Positions 17,840-27,138 of a DNA stretch of 64,000 nucleotides are shown piece by piece. Source of the DNA: an uncultured bacterium. Its GTDB lineage: Bacteria > Armatimonadota > JACIXR01. Where the stretch lies: NCBI GenBank assembly GCA_938041455.1, contig CALITO010000021.1, positions 11,909 to 75,908 of the forward strand, in the 5' to 3' direction. Position 1 is the first letter of the stretch; each line of letters opens with the position of its first letter. Below the pieces are notes generated by a model, which saw only the letters and a list, made by a program, of their open reading frames with translations, made no database searches and was not told the DNA's origin. The position numbers were made by a program, and so were the translations under genes.

Positions 17840-18964
17840 ATGACACCAAGAGAAAGAATTATCTCTGCTTTCAGGGGCACTCCCGATAGAACGCCCCTTT
17901 TTGAGAGGGAGGTCAAATCCCCCAGTGTGAGGGAGATTCTGGGGAAGCCCTCCGCAGTGGATGATTTCCCATACAAGATGGAATTCCTGGAAGCGGGGGA
18001 TTGGGAAGGGTTGATGGAAGAGATGGCAGATGATGCAGTGAAGGTGGCAGAGGTTTGCGGTTTTGATATGATAAGATTGGGTATCAACATTCCCCGGGAT
18101 TACGAGCGTCCAAGAAGGATAGGAAACTCCCTTTGGGAGACGGAAAGTGGGTATATAAAGTATCTGCCTGAATCAGATATGGATATGTTCATCCCTAAGG
18201 AAAAACCTGATGACGAGGAAGAAAATATGAGGCGCTGGCTCCTTGAAGAAGAATTTCAAGAGCCAAAATTTAGCGATGACCAATTTGAATTCTTCAGAAG
18301 AGCTAAAAGAAAGATGGGGGAGCGAGGACTGGACTTAGCAATAATGTGTTCCCTTTACACATTTCCCGTTGCCGTGCTTCCCTCCTATATGCTTGAATGG
18401 TTCCTGAGGGAACCCCAACTTCTCGCCGAGTATTATCGAAGGCAAGCGCTCTGGGCTATGGCAATGGGTAAGAGGTTGATAGAGGAAGGAGCGGATGTCC
18501 TAGGGATAGGGGGAGATTTGGCGAGCGATAAAGGTCCTTTGATTTCGCCCGCTTGCTATAGGGAGGTTCTCCTTCCCGCTGTGAAGATGCTCAGCGATTA
18601 CCTTCATTCCCTCGGTGCCCTTGTGATTCATGCCTCCGATGGCAACCTCTGGCCGATTATAGACGACTTTATCTTAGGGGCAGGAGTGGATGGCTACGAA
18701 GAGATAGACAAAGCGGCGGGGATGGAGATACCGCTCCTGAAGGAGAAATTCGGAGATAGGATAACCCTCGTGGGGAATGTGGATTGCCGGTGGCTTCTCA
18801 CACAAGGGAAACCGGAGGAGGTGAAGCAGGCGGTGAGGAGATGTCTTGATGAAGGAGGAGGGAGAAGACACATATTGATGACGAGCAATGTGATTCACCG
18901 AGGCGTCAAACCGGAGAACTTCATAGCCTATATAGAAGCTTATAGGGAATATTACGGATTATGA
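17840..18964 (+). CDS. Uroporphyrinogen decarboxylase/MtaA-CmuA superfamily protein
   Basis: MTPRERI...PDRTP, GGDLASDKGPLISP, HASDGN, GNVDC, HILMTSN. Confidence 0.75.
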   Translation: MTPRERIISAFRGTPDRTPLFEREVKSPSVREILGKPSAVDDFPYKMEFLEAGDWEGLMEEMADDAVKVAEVCGFDMIRLGINIPRDYERPRRIGNSLWETESGYIKYLPESDMDMFIPKEKPDDEEENMRRWLLEEEFQEPKFSDDQFEFFRRAKRKMGERGLDLAIMCSLYTFPVAVLPSYMLEWFLREPQLLAEYYRRQALWAMAMGKRLIEEGADVLGIGGDLASDKGPLISPACYREVLLPAVKMLSDYLHSLGALVIHASDGNLWPIIDDFILGAGVDGYEEIDKAAGMEIPLLKEKFGDRITLVGNVDCRWLLTQGKPEEVKQAVRRCLDEGGGRRHILMTSNVIHRGVKPENFIAYIEAYREYYGL

Positions 18965-18995
18965 AGGTTTTCGTAGTTAACGAATAGTAAAACCT
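18965..18995. terminator. Hairpin between convergent genes
   Basis: AGGTTTT...AAAACCT outer stem, with an alternative TTCGT/ACGAA inner stem. Confidence 0.3.
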
Positions 18996-18999
18996 GTTC

Positions 19000-19395
19000 T
19001 CAAACCTCTTCTTTACCCTTGGTAGTTTCCTTGGAACGAATAGTTATCACGGTGTGGACATTGCCCCGAGGCTGGAAATCGGCGATTACCTCTAAGTAAC
19101 GAGGTTTTAGTATGGAGAAAAGAGCATCGTATATCTCGTTGGCAGCAGCTTCATGGGATATGTAGCGAGTGCGATATTTGTTTAGCCAGAGTTTAAGCGA
19201 CTTGAGCTCTATTATGTATTTGTCGGGGATGTAATTTATCCTTATGGTAGCGAAGTCGGGATAACCGCTACGAGGGCAGAGGCAGGTGAACTCTGGAAAG
19301 GTTATACTGATGGTATAGTCCTTCTCGGGAGACGGATTCTCCCAAACTTCCAACTGAGCTTCTTCTATCGCCTTTTCGCCATATCTCTTCTCCAT
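19000..19395 (-). CDS. queF: NADPH-dependent preQ0 reductase (type I QueF)
   Basis: [30 protein letters not shown]. Confidence 0.95.
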   Translation of the reverse strand: MEKRYGEKAIEEAQLEVWENPSPEKDYTISITFPEFTCLCPRSGYPDFATIRINYIPDKYIIELKSLKLWLNKYRTRYISHEAAANEIYDALFSILKPRYLEVIADFQPRGNVHTVITIRSKETTKGKEEV

Positions 19396-19501
19396 ATCAT
19401 ACCTATAATAAATCTTTTTTAGGAAATAAGCAAACGAGGATGCCTTCTATAGAAACCATTTATAATCCTCAACCAAGATATTAAAATTTATAAGCACAAA
19501 A

Positions 19502-21043
19502 ATGAAAAACAGGGGCTTAATGCAATGGTTGCTCTTCTTTTCCTTCGTTCTCTTCTGGGGAGAAGCCCGCTCAGTAAGCGATTTGGAGCACATATTGGGA
19601 GAAGCAACGAAGGAAGCTTTCGCCCTCCACTACGGTTTGAACTTCGAGCCCCTTTTATACAATTGGATAGATAGAGTGGGGAGGAAACTTTCCCAATCGG
19701 CAAATGTAAAGGTTGATTTCTATATCCTGGATACAGACGAGATAAATGCTTACGCTACCCTCGGTAACCTCGTCTTCTTGACCAAGGGGTTATTGAAGAT
19801 TGTGGAGACCGAAGACGAGATAGCCTGTGTCCTCGCTCACGAGGTTGCCCACATAAAGCTCCGACACCCCCAAAAACAAAGCGGGGTTATCGCGCTTTCC
19901 CTTGCCCTTTTATCTTCTATAGATTTAAAAACTGAGGAAAAGCTTCTGGCAAAGGTTCTGCTTGCCCTTGCTAATCTTGGCTTCAGTAGAAGCCAAGAGA
20001 GAGAAGCAGACAAGGTAGGAATGGAGATAGCTTTGAAGAGCGGGTTCAATCCTCAAGGTTTACTAAATTTCTTAAATAGATTGGGAAGGGAAAGAGTTCC
20101 ACCTTGGACCGAATATTTTGCTAGCCATCCCTTACCTTCCCACAGGTTAGAAATTTGTAAAAGGAAACTGGAGACAATCTCTCAAGAGGAGTGGGAGCGG
20201 ATATATCTTTCACTTTGGGAAAGAGGCGAAGCGATGGAAGCACGAAGGTTTGCCCAATTCCAACCTCAACCTCCTCCCTTGGAAGAATCTCCTCCTTCCC
20301 CGATAAGCAGGGAAAAGCTCTCCGCCCTTTGGGAAAGACTTTATAGGATTTATCCTCTTTCAGAGAGGATTTCCCAATGGCAGAGCTCCTTCCTTTTGGC
20401 CCCGCTCCCTTATGAGCTATTTCCCCTCATAGGAGAAGCCATAGCCCAAAACGACCGCCTGAAAGAGCTCTATGCCCAAGCATTACTTTTGTATAATAAT
20501 GTAAATATTTTAATTAATAAACTTGAACAAAAGGATGAAATGGAGAAGGCTTTAGGAGGGTTAATATCTGCCTTGGACAAAGGGGTTAAGGGTGGTGAAA
20601 AGCTTTTGCTCTGCTCAGCATCGCTCGTTGGACTGGCATTTTCAAAATATAGTGAGGAGCTTCCCCTCCTTTCCCTCCAAGCACTCCTCATGGCTTCTGG
20701 ACGGGACATCGCTAAAGCGAAGGGGGAAATACAGGAGGTTAATAATTCGCTACTTCTCCATCAGATAGAATTTCTCGTTCATAGATTGAACAGTTTTGAT
20801 AACGAATGGTTGAGGAGGAAATGCTCCCATAGGTTGGGGACTTCCTTGGAGGGAGAAATGCCCCTGGGCGATTTATGTCTTCTGGAAGGCATCGCTAAAA
20901 CAATGGGAAAACCAAAGATTGATATTGAGAAACTTTGGCACCAAGTATCCAGTGTAGAGGAAATGCTGAGGGTATGTAATCTTACTTTAAGGGAGAAGGA
21001 AGGGCTTTATATCTTCCTTAACTCCTTGGCAAAGGGGAATTGA
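19502..21043 (+). CDS. Secreted M48 metallopeptidase with long helical C-terminal extension
   Basis: Signal peptide, INAYA, AHEVAH, FSRSQEREAD, SHP. Confidence 0.85.
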   Translation: MKNRGLMQWLLFFSFVLFWGEARSVSDLEHILGEATKEAFALHYGLNFEPLLYNWIDRVGRKLSQSANVKVDFYILDTDEINAYATLGNLVFLTKGLLKIVETEDEIACVLAHEVAHIKLRHPQKQSGVIALSLALLSSIDLKTEEKLLAKVLLALANLGFSRSQEREADKVGMEIALKSGFNPQGLLNFLNRLGRERVPPWTEYFASHPLPSHRLEICKRKLETISQEEWERIYLSLWERGEAMEARRFAQFQPQPPPLEESPPSPISREKLSALWERLYRIYPLSERISQWQSSFLLAPLPYELFPLIGEAIAQNDRLKELYAQALLLYNNVNILINKLEQKDEMEKALGGLISALDKGVKGGEKLLLCSASLVGLAFSKYSEELPLLSLQALLMASGRDIAKAKGEIQEVNNSLLLHQIEFLVHRLNSFDNEWLRRKCSHRLGTSLEGEMPLGDLCLLEGIAKTMGKPKIDIEKLWHQVSSVEEMLRVCNLTLREKEGLYIFLNSLAKGN

Positions 21044-21046
21044 GAT

Positions 21047-22072
21047 ATGAAGGGGATTCTTTTGGCGGGATATTTTGGGATGGGGAATTTAGGCGATGAA
21101 GCGATTTTGGAAGGTGAATTTAAGTATTTAAGAGAAGAACTACCGGGAGCGGAGATAGCGGTGCTATCGGGAAATCCCAAACGGACAAGGGAGAACCTTG
21201 CTTGCCAAAGCTATCATAGAACTGCCTTAAAAGAAGTTATCTCTGCAATCTCTAATTGCCACCTCTTCATCCTCGGAGGCGGTGGACTTCTCCAAGATAT
21301 AACCAGCTTCCGTTCCCTTCTCTATTATCTTTTCCTCTTGGAATTCGCCAAGTGGAGGAGAAAGAAAGTGGCGGTATTCGCGGTGGGTGTAGGGCCGCTG
21401 AGAAGAAGGATAAGCCAACGCTTAGTAGCAAAGGTGCTGCGCAAGGTCGACGCTCTCTCCCTAAGAGACAAAGCCTCCTATGAGTGGGCAAAGCGCTTGG
21501 GGATAGAAAAAGCTTCTCTTTCTGCTGATGCTTCCTTCCTCTTACCACCACCTTCCCCCAGGGAGAGAAAACGGGAGATAGGCATCTCCCTGCGTTCCTG
21601 GAAGGGACTGAATGTCTATAATATAAAGGAATTTCTTAAAAGTGTTAATCAAAAGGGATTCTCTCTTTTCTATCTCGTGTTTAATCCCGCCGATTTGGAG
21701 CTCTCTCTCCTCCTAACTCGTGAAACAGGAGGAAAGTTGGTAGAACCATCGTCTCCCCGGGAGGCTCTAAATCTATTGGCTCAAATGGAAGGCACGATAG
21801 CTATGAGACTTCACAGTGGTATACTATCTGCGATAGCGGGCACACCCTTCCTCGCTATATCTTATGACCCTAAGGTAAAAACTATGGCTGAGGAATTAGG
21901 GCAACCCTCCCTCTCCTTGGAAGCATCTAATATAATGATGAGGGAGACATTGGAAAAGTGGTTCCTTCAAAAAGAAACCTTTCGGTCCCTTTTACCGCAA
22001 AAGTGCTTTGAAATGAAAAAACGCTTGGAAAAAGCGATAGAGAAAATAAAAGTGTTGATGGATACCCCCTAA
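21047..22072 (+). CDS. csaB: Polysaccharide pyruvyl transferase CsaB
   Basis: GYFGMGNLGDEAIL, GGGGLLQDITSFRSLLYY, MRLH, SYDPKV. Confidence 0.9.
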   Translation: MKGILLAGYFGMGNLGDEAILEGEFKYLREELPGAEIAVLSGNPKRTRENLACQSYHRTALKEVISAISNCHLFILGGGGLLQDITSFRSLLYYLFLLEFAKWRRKKVAVFAVGVGPLRRRISQRLVAKVLRKVDALSLRDKASYEWAKRLGIEKASLSADASFLLPPPSPRERKREIGISLRSWKGLNVYNIKEFLKSVNQKGFSLFYLVFNPADLELSLLLTRETGGKLVEPSSPREALNLLAQMEGTIAMRLHSGILSAIAGTPFLAISYDPKVKTMAEELGQPSLSLEASNIMMRETLEKWFLQKETFRSLLPQKCFEMKKRLEKAIEKIKVLMDTP

Positions 22073-22145
22073 GATGGTGGAGAAAAAGACGGGAAGTTTC
22101 GGGAAAAGATATCCATCTTGGAGTAGATTGTAGTCCTTACATATG

Positions 22146-22173
22146 TTGACATTTTATTTTTCATTGCTATTAT
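22146..22173 (+). promoter_or_regulatory. sigma70 promoter of the polyamine operon
   Basis: TTGACA-N16-TATTAT with extended TG. Confidence 0.65.
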
Positions 22174-22185
22174 ATAATTTATTGC

Positions 22186-22210
22186 AGGGATACCCCTATA
22201 GGGTATCCCT
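22186..22210. promoter_or_regulatory. Palindromic operator or 5' hairpin upstream of bpsA
   Basis: AGGGATACCC-CTATA-GGGTATCCCT, perfect 10-bp arms. Confidence 0.6.
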
Positions 22211-22242
22211 AAAGTTCTATTTTATAAGGAGGTGATGCCCCA

Positions 22243-23301
22243 ATGAGAGATTTGCTTACAGATCTCAAAAAGAGAATGGATATAAGTGAACGAGATTTGG
22301 AGCGGTTAATTTCTGCTTTCCTGTCGACTAGTGATTTCTGGGAGGCTATAGCGGTGAGTCGCCTACCGTTCAATATGGTAGTGGAAATTAGTAAGCACCT
22401 TTACGAAAGGGGCATCATTTTCTTTGAGGACGAGGAGCAGGTCGTTCTAACTGATAAAGGTAAAAGATTGTTTGATTACGGAGTTACTCCCTTAAAAGGA
22501 CATCTATGTCCCAGTTGTGAGGGAAAAGGGATTGACCTCAGGGATTGGAAGGAACTGCTAAAGGTATATGAGGAGACAAAGGAGGGGCGTCCAGAACCGC
22601 TCTTGGAGTATGACCAGGGTTACTTAACGGCGAAATCCGTCATAGAGAGGATAGCCTTTGCAGACGGAAAGGGAGACATAAGGGGTAGGAAGGTGATTGT
22701 ATTGGGCGATGACGACCTATTAAGTATAGCTTTGGGACTAAGCGGATTACCAGAAGGAATAACCGTTCTGGAGGTGGATGAAAGACTGGTGGAGTTTATA
22801 GAAAGAACGGGCAAAAAGAGGGGGCTCAAGATAGAGGTAAGAAAACACGACCTTCGGTACCCCCTTCCAAATGACTTGCTAGGCGAATTTGATACATTTT
22901 TCACCGACCCAGTAGAGACCCTAGAGGGGTTAGGGGTCTTTATTGCGAGGGGCATCGCCTCCTTAAAAGGGGTTGGTAGTGCTGGCTATTTTGGGCTTAC
23001 TACCGCGGAAGCTTCTTTCAGGAAATGGCGGGATATAGAGAAAATGTTAGTGGACAAATTCGGCGTTGTGATAACCGATATCCTTTCCGATTTCTCGATC
23101 TATGAAAATTGGGATTATCTCCTTGAGAGTATAAGGAGGGATTTACCCCCCCTTAACCGAAAGCCAAATGTGCTGTGGTATAAGTCCTCCCTTTTCCGCA
23201 TAGAATTAGTGGAAGGTTATAGGAGTTTTAACGAAGAGGGCAAAGGTGAAATTTACATTGACCAAGAATCAATGGCTTGGATTAGGAGGGAAAAGAATTG
23301 A
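22243..23301 (+). CDS. bpsA: Branched-chain polyamine synthase (N4-bis(aminopropyl)spermidine synthase)
   Basis: N-terminal wHTH plus CPSCEGKG, RPEPLLEYDQG, GDDDLLS, DERL, HDLR, TDPVET; SD AAGGAGGTGA. Confidence 0.9.
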   Translation: MRDLLTDLKKRMDISERDLERLISAFLSTSDFWEAIAVSRLPFNMVVEISKHLYERGIIFFEDEEQVVLTDKGKRLFDYGVTPLKGHLCPSCEGKGIDLRDWKELLKVYEETKEGRPEPLLEYDQGYLTAKSVIERIAFADGKGDIRGRKVIVLGDDDLLSIALGLSGLPEGITVLEVDERLVEFIERTGKKRGLKIEVRKHDLRYPLPNDLLGEFDTFFTDPVETLEGLGVFIARGIASLKGVGSAGYFGLTTAEASFRKWRDIEKMLVDKFGVVITDILSDFSIYENWDYLLESIRRDLPPLNRKPNVLWYKSSLFRIELVEGYRSFNEEGKGEIYIDQESMAWIRREKN

Positions 23302-23762
23302 AGGGTTTCATACCAAATATGGCTATTCTTACCGCAGGGGCAGATGAGGGAGGTTCGGAATTGAACGCCTTGGATAATGCGCTTTTAAAGGCTGGTATAG
23401 GAAATTTGAATCTCCTCCCCGTTTCCAGTATACTGCCTCCCAAGGCGCAAATAACTTACGAGGTGCCTTTTATAGAAAAGGGCACACTTGTTCCGGTGGT
23501 CTTGGCTAAAATAATAAGCGGGAAGGAAGGTGAGAAGATAGCAGCTGCGATTGCGATAGGGGTAGGGGAAGATTTTGGGGTGATAATGGAGCATACAGGT
23601 AAAGGGGGGAAGGAAGAGATAGAGGGGGAGGCAAGGATTAAGGTAGAGGAGGCCTTCCGAGTAAGGGATATGGAATTTAAGGGCTTGCACACCATTTCCG
23701 TGGAACATACAGTTAAGAAGTTAGGCTGCGCCATCGCAGCCGCCATTCTTTGGTGGAGGTGA
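23298..23762 (+). CDS. pdaD: Pyruvoyl-dependent arginine decarboxylase
   Basis: LNALDNALLKAGIGNLNLLPVSSILPP (S-S self-cleavage site), GVIME. Confidence 0.9.
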   Translation: MKGFIPNMAILTAGADEGGSELNALDNALLKAGIGNLNLLPVSSILPPKAQITYEVPFIEKGTLVPVVLAKIISGKEGEKIAAAIAIGVGEDFGVIMEHTGKGGKEEIEGEARIKVEEAFRVRDMEFKGLHTISVEHTVKKLGCAIAAAILWWR

Positions 23763-23769
23763 TGGTTTT

Positions 23770-24126
23770 ATGGAGATGAAAAGTGTCGGAAGACACCTTG
23801 TCGTCGAGCTCTGGCATTGCCAGGAGCTCGACGACTCCCAAAAGTGTGAAGAGACGCTTAGAGAAGCGGTAAGACGAGCAGGTGCTACACTCTTAGACTT
23901 GAAGGTCCACCGCTTCAATCCCCATGGTCTGACGGGCATAGCAATAATCGCCGAGTCCCACATCTCCGTTCATACTTGGCCGGAGTTGAGCTATGCTGCT
24001 GTAGACATCTTTACCTGTGGAGATAAGGTGGACCCTGTTCGCGCCGTGGAACCTTTTGTGGAATGGCTTAAGCCCAAGCAGACGCAGATGCTCGAGATTC
24101 GCCGGGGTGTTATGAGAAATGGATGA
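23770..24126 (+). CDS. speD: S-adenosylmethionine decarboxylase proenzyme (class 1b)
   Basis: GRHL, HRFNPHGLTG, AESHISVHTWPE, DIFTCG. Confidence 0.93.
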   Translation: MEMKSVGRHLVVELWHCQELDDSQKCEETLREAVRRAGATLLDLKVHRFNPHGLTGIAIIAESHISVHTWPELSYAAVDIFTCGDKVDPVRAVEPFVEWLKPKQTQMLEIRRGVMRNG

Positions 24127-24982
24127 TGACTGGTTAGAGGAGAGATTAAATAATTACGGGCAGAGATATAGAATAAAAAAACTCCTCTATAAAGAGAGGT
24201 CTCCCTTCCAGGAGATAGAAGTAGTGGAGACCTGGGACTGGGGAGCTATGCTCCTTTTGGATGGAGCAGTGCAAACGACAGAAAGGGATGAGTTCATATA
24301 TCACGAGATGCTTGTCCATCCTCCTTTGTTGCTTCACCCTGCCCCCAGGAAGGTTTTAATAGTAGGAGGAGGAGATGGAGGGGTTTTACGCCACTCCCTT
24401 CAACACCCCGTGGAGGAAATCTATATGGTGGAAATAGACGAGAAGGTGCTGGAGGTTTGCGAGAAATATATGCCCTCTATAGCAGGTGATTCTTTAAGGG
24501 ATGAAAGGGCAAGGGTATTAATAGAGGATGGCTTCGCCTTTTTGGAAGAAGGTGGTCTTAAATTTGATATAATAATCGTTGACTCCACTGACCCCATAGG
24601 AGAAGCCAAAAAGCTCTTTTCCAGGCGCTTCTATCAACTCGCCTATAACGCTTTGGAGAAGAACGGCATACTGGTCACCCAAAGCGGTTCTCTTTTCTAT
24701 CAACCCCAGCTCCTCAGGGATGTTTATTATAAGCTTTCGTCTCTTTTCCCTCACTTGGCTGTGATCATGATGCTCGTTCCCACTTATCCCGGCGTCGTAT
24801 GGACAGCAACCCTGGGAAGCAAACTTTATGACCCCTTCCAGCTCACCCCTGAGGAATGGCTACAAAGAGCAAAAGAAAGAAAACTTTCTCCTAAATATTG
24901 GACTGCCAAATTACAATTCTTCCCCCAAAACTTTCCCCTCCTTCAAAAAGTTCTGCAAGGGGGAACTCCTTTTGCCTCTTAA
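24119..24982 (+). CDS. speE: Polyamine aminopropyltransferase
   Basis: SPFQEI, LDGAVQTTERDEFIYHEM, GGGDGG, EIDEKV, VDSTDP. Confidence 0.95.
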   Translation: MDDDWLEERLNNYGQRYRIKKLLYKERSPFQEIEVVETWDWGAMLLLDGAVQTTERDEFIYHEMLVHPPLLLHPAPRKVLIVGGGDGGVLRHSLQHPVEEIYMVEIDEKVLEVCEKYMPSIAGDSLRDERARVLIEDGFAFLEEGGLKFDIIIVDSTDPIGEAKKLFSRRFYQLAYNALEKNGILVTQSGSLFYQPQLLRDVYYKLSSLFPHLAVIMMLVPTYPGVVWTATLGSKLYDPFQLTPEEWLQRAKERKLSPKYWTAKLQFFPQNFPLLQKVLQGGTPFAS

Positions 24983-25817
24983 GCCTGCGAAGATTCCCTT
25001 TATATCGGCGAGGAAATGGGAGGAAAGGGAGGCGAATATAGGGGATTGCAAAATCATCTGTGGCATCCCTTATGAGAAAACCGAGAGCTTTCGGGGTGGT
25101 GCGGGATTAGCCCCCTCAATAATAAGGGAATTTTCTCATAGTTTGGAATCCTACAGCATAATATCGGGCAGGGATTTGGGAGATATAAACATCTTTGATG
25201 TGGGAGACCTGGACGTTTCCCATTTACAACCCGAAGAAATGGTAAGGGAAGTTGAGGCTCTTGTGGGAAGCTTTCCCTTTGCTTTCCCCATCCTTTTTGG
25301 AGGAGAGCATACCATTACTCTCGGGGCTATAAGAGCTTTGGCAAAGCGTTTTTCCCCCCTTTATGTAATCTCCTTAGACGCTCACCCGGATTTTCGTTCC
25401 TCATATGAGGGAAAGACAATTTGCCACGCCACGGTGATGAAGCGGGTTTCAGAAATAGTGGGTAAAGAGCGATTGCTCTTTCTGGGCTTAAGAACAGCTA
25501 CATCTGAGGAGTGGCAGGAACTGAAAAGCTGTTATATTGTATCTCCGCAACCCATAACTTTCCCATCCGAATTGAAGGATAAACCACTCTATATTTCTTT
25601 GGATATAGATGTGCTTGACCCAAGCTGTGCCCCTGGGACGGGAAATCCTGAACCCGGGGGATGGAGTTTTGAGGAGCTACTAAGCTTTCTCCTCTCTCTG
25701 AAGGGTTATAATGTGGTTGGGTTGGATATAGCAGAGGTTTCCCCTCCCTTAGACCCAAGTGGTATAACCTCCGTTTCCGCTGCCAAGATCGCAAGGGAAA
25801 CCCTTCTTTTATTTTAA
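24972..25817 (+). CDS. speB: Agmatinase / aminopropylagmatine ureohydrolase
   Basis: GGEHTIT, DAHPD, HAT, SLDIDVLDP, PGTG, PEPGG. TTG 24972 is a more likely start than 24828. Confidence 0.92.
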   Translation: MPLKPAKIPFISARKWEEREANIGDCKIICGIPYEKTESFRGGAGLAPSIIREFSHSLESYSIISGRDLGDINIFDVGDLDVSHLQPEEMVREVEALVGSFPFAFPILFGGEHTITLGAIRALAKRFSPLYVISLDAHPDFRSSYEGKTICHATVMKRVSEIVGKERLLFLGLRTATSEEWQELKSCYIVSPQPITFPSELKDKPLYISLDIDVLDPSCAPGTGNPEPGGWSFEELLSFLLSLKGYNVVGLDIAEVSPPLDPSGITSVSAAKIARETLLLF

Positions 25818-26890
25818 GAGGGATGGAGAGAAGCGGCAGTTTGAGAATCCAACTTCTTCAGGACAGCAATGAGGAGGTTCTTTGTATTCTCAAAATCCTC
25901 AGCGCTGAGGATTCCTATAGGGGAATGGATATGGCGTGTAGCCACACCTATAACTATGCTCGGCACCCCCTCAGCATATAGGTGTATTCTCCCCGCATCA
26001 GTAGCTCCCCCCTCCATAATCTCTACTTGATATTTCATTCCTAATTCTTTAGCGGTGTCCATAAACAGGTCGCGGAGCCTTAGATTTGGGATAAGGGAAA
26101 CATCGAAAAGGCAGATAACCGGACCTTCCCCCAATTTAGCTTGGGCCTCTTCTGGATTAACTCCGGGGATATCGCCGGCAATGGCAACCTCCAGAGCTAT
26201 TGCTACATCTGGTTTTACTAAGTGGGCAGAAGTTTGGGCACCTCGTAGGCCTACTTCCTCCTGCACGGTCGCAGTTGCGTATATCGTGTTGGGGTGGTCA
26301 TCTCCTATCTCTTCCAGAATCTTAACCATGAGGGCGCAACCCACTCGATCATCAAATCCTTTGCCCATATAGGCTTTTCCCCCCGCTATTTCTTCAAATG
26401 GACCATAAGGAACTATGGGGTCTCCTATCCTTATGCCTAAATTCGCGACCTCTTCTTCACTCTTGACCCCTACATCTATGAACATCTCCTTTCTCTCCAC
26501 AAGCTTTTTCCTCTCCTCAGAAGGGATAATATGGGGTGGTTTACAACCTATTACACCTAACACATCTCCTCGCCTTGTTTTAATTATCACCCTCTGTCCG
26601 AGGATAAGCTGGTCCATCCAACCCCCCAAGGGGGTGAATCTCAAAAAACCTTCCTTAGTTATATAGCGAACCATAAATCCTATCTCGTCCATATGTGCAG
26701 CGAGCATAACCCTTGGTTGGTCATTCTTCCCACGCTTTATGCCCACTAAGGTGCCGAGTTTGTCCATCTCCAATTCATCCACATATCCCTCCATCAATTC
26801 TCTCATTAGAGAGCGGACACTATCTTCAAATCCCGAGGGTCCATCCACATTGCAAAGCCTCCCGAGCAATTCCTTACTTCCCCTTGGCAT
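25814..26890 (-). CDS. M42 (TET/FrvX) aminopeptidase
   Basis: GPSGFE, AHMDEIG, FDDRVG, QEEVGLRGA, GATDA, RHIH. Confidence 0.92.
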   Translation of the reverse strand: MPRGSKELLGRLCNVDGPSGFEDSVRSLMRELMEGYVDELEMDKLGTLVGIKRGKNDQPRVMLAAHMDEIGFMVRYITKEGFLRFTPLGGWMDQLILGQRVIIKTRRGDVLGVIGCKPPHIIPSEERKKLVERKEMFIDVGVKSEEEVANLGIRIGDPIVPYGPFEEIAGGKAYMGKGFDDRVGCALMVKILEEIGDDHPNTIYATATVQEEVGLRGAQTSAHLVKPDVAIALEVAIAGDIPGVNPEEAQAKLGEGPVICLFDVSLIPNLRLRDLFMDTAKELGMKYQVEIMEGGATDAGRIHLYAEGVPSIVIGVATRHIHSPIGILSAEDFENTKNLLIAVLKKLDSQTAASLHPS

Positions 26891-27082
26891 TTATAGTTGC
26901 CCTCCTTTCCAAGGAAAATTTTTAAAAATTTTAAACGCCCAAAGGTAAATTCGCAAGAAATTTGAGGAGAAAACTGTTACACTCTTTTAAACATTATTAT
27001 GGAGGAATGAAAAATATCCCTTTCTGGGAGAAGAAAGCGAGCTCCCTGTTTGCGAAAAATTTCTTAAAAAATTTAAAAAATA

Positions 27083-27111
27083 TTGACGAAGACAACTTCT
27101 TCTGTTATCTT
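27083..27111 (+). promoter_or_regulatory. sigma70 promoter of the LysM-NlpC/P60 gene
   Basis: TTGACG-N17-TATCTT with extended TG. Confidence 0.6.
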
Positions 27112-27138
27112 AAATGAAAACTATGAAGGAGGTATGTT

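Noticed and set aside
19396-19501. preQ1 riboswitch upstream of queF
   Set aside because: No hairpin plus A-rich tail consensus, and the predicted promoter leaves almost no leader.
26975-26991. WalR-like box TGTTAC-N5-TTTAAA upstream of the NlpC/P60 gene
   Set aside because: One half-site mismatches, it lies about 90 bp from the -35 in AT-rich DNA, and there is no evidence this lineage has WalRK.
26891-27138. c-di-AMP (ydaO) riboswitch upstream of the cell-wall hydrolase
   Set aside because: The conserved GCTGAA...GGGGGA core is not recognisable, and the best promoter lies only about 27 nt from the start codon.
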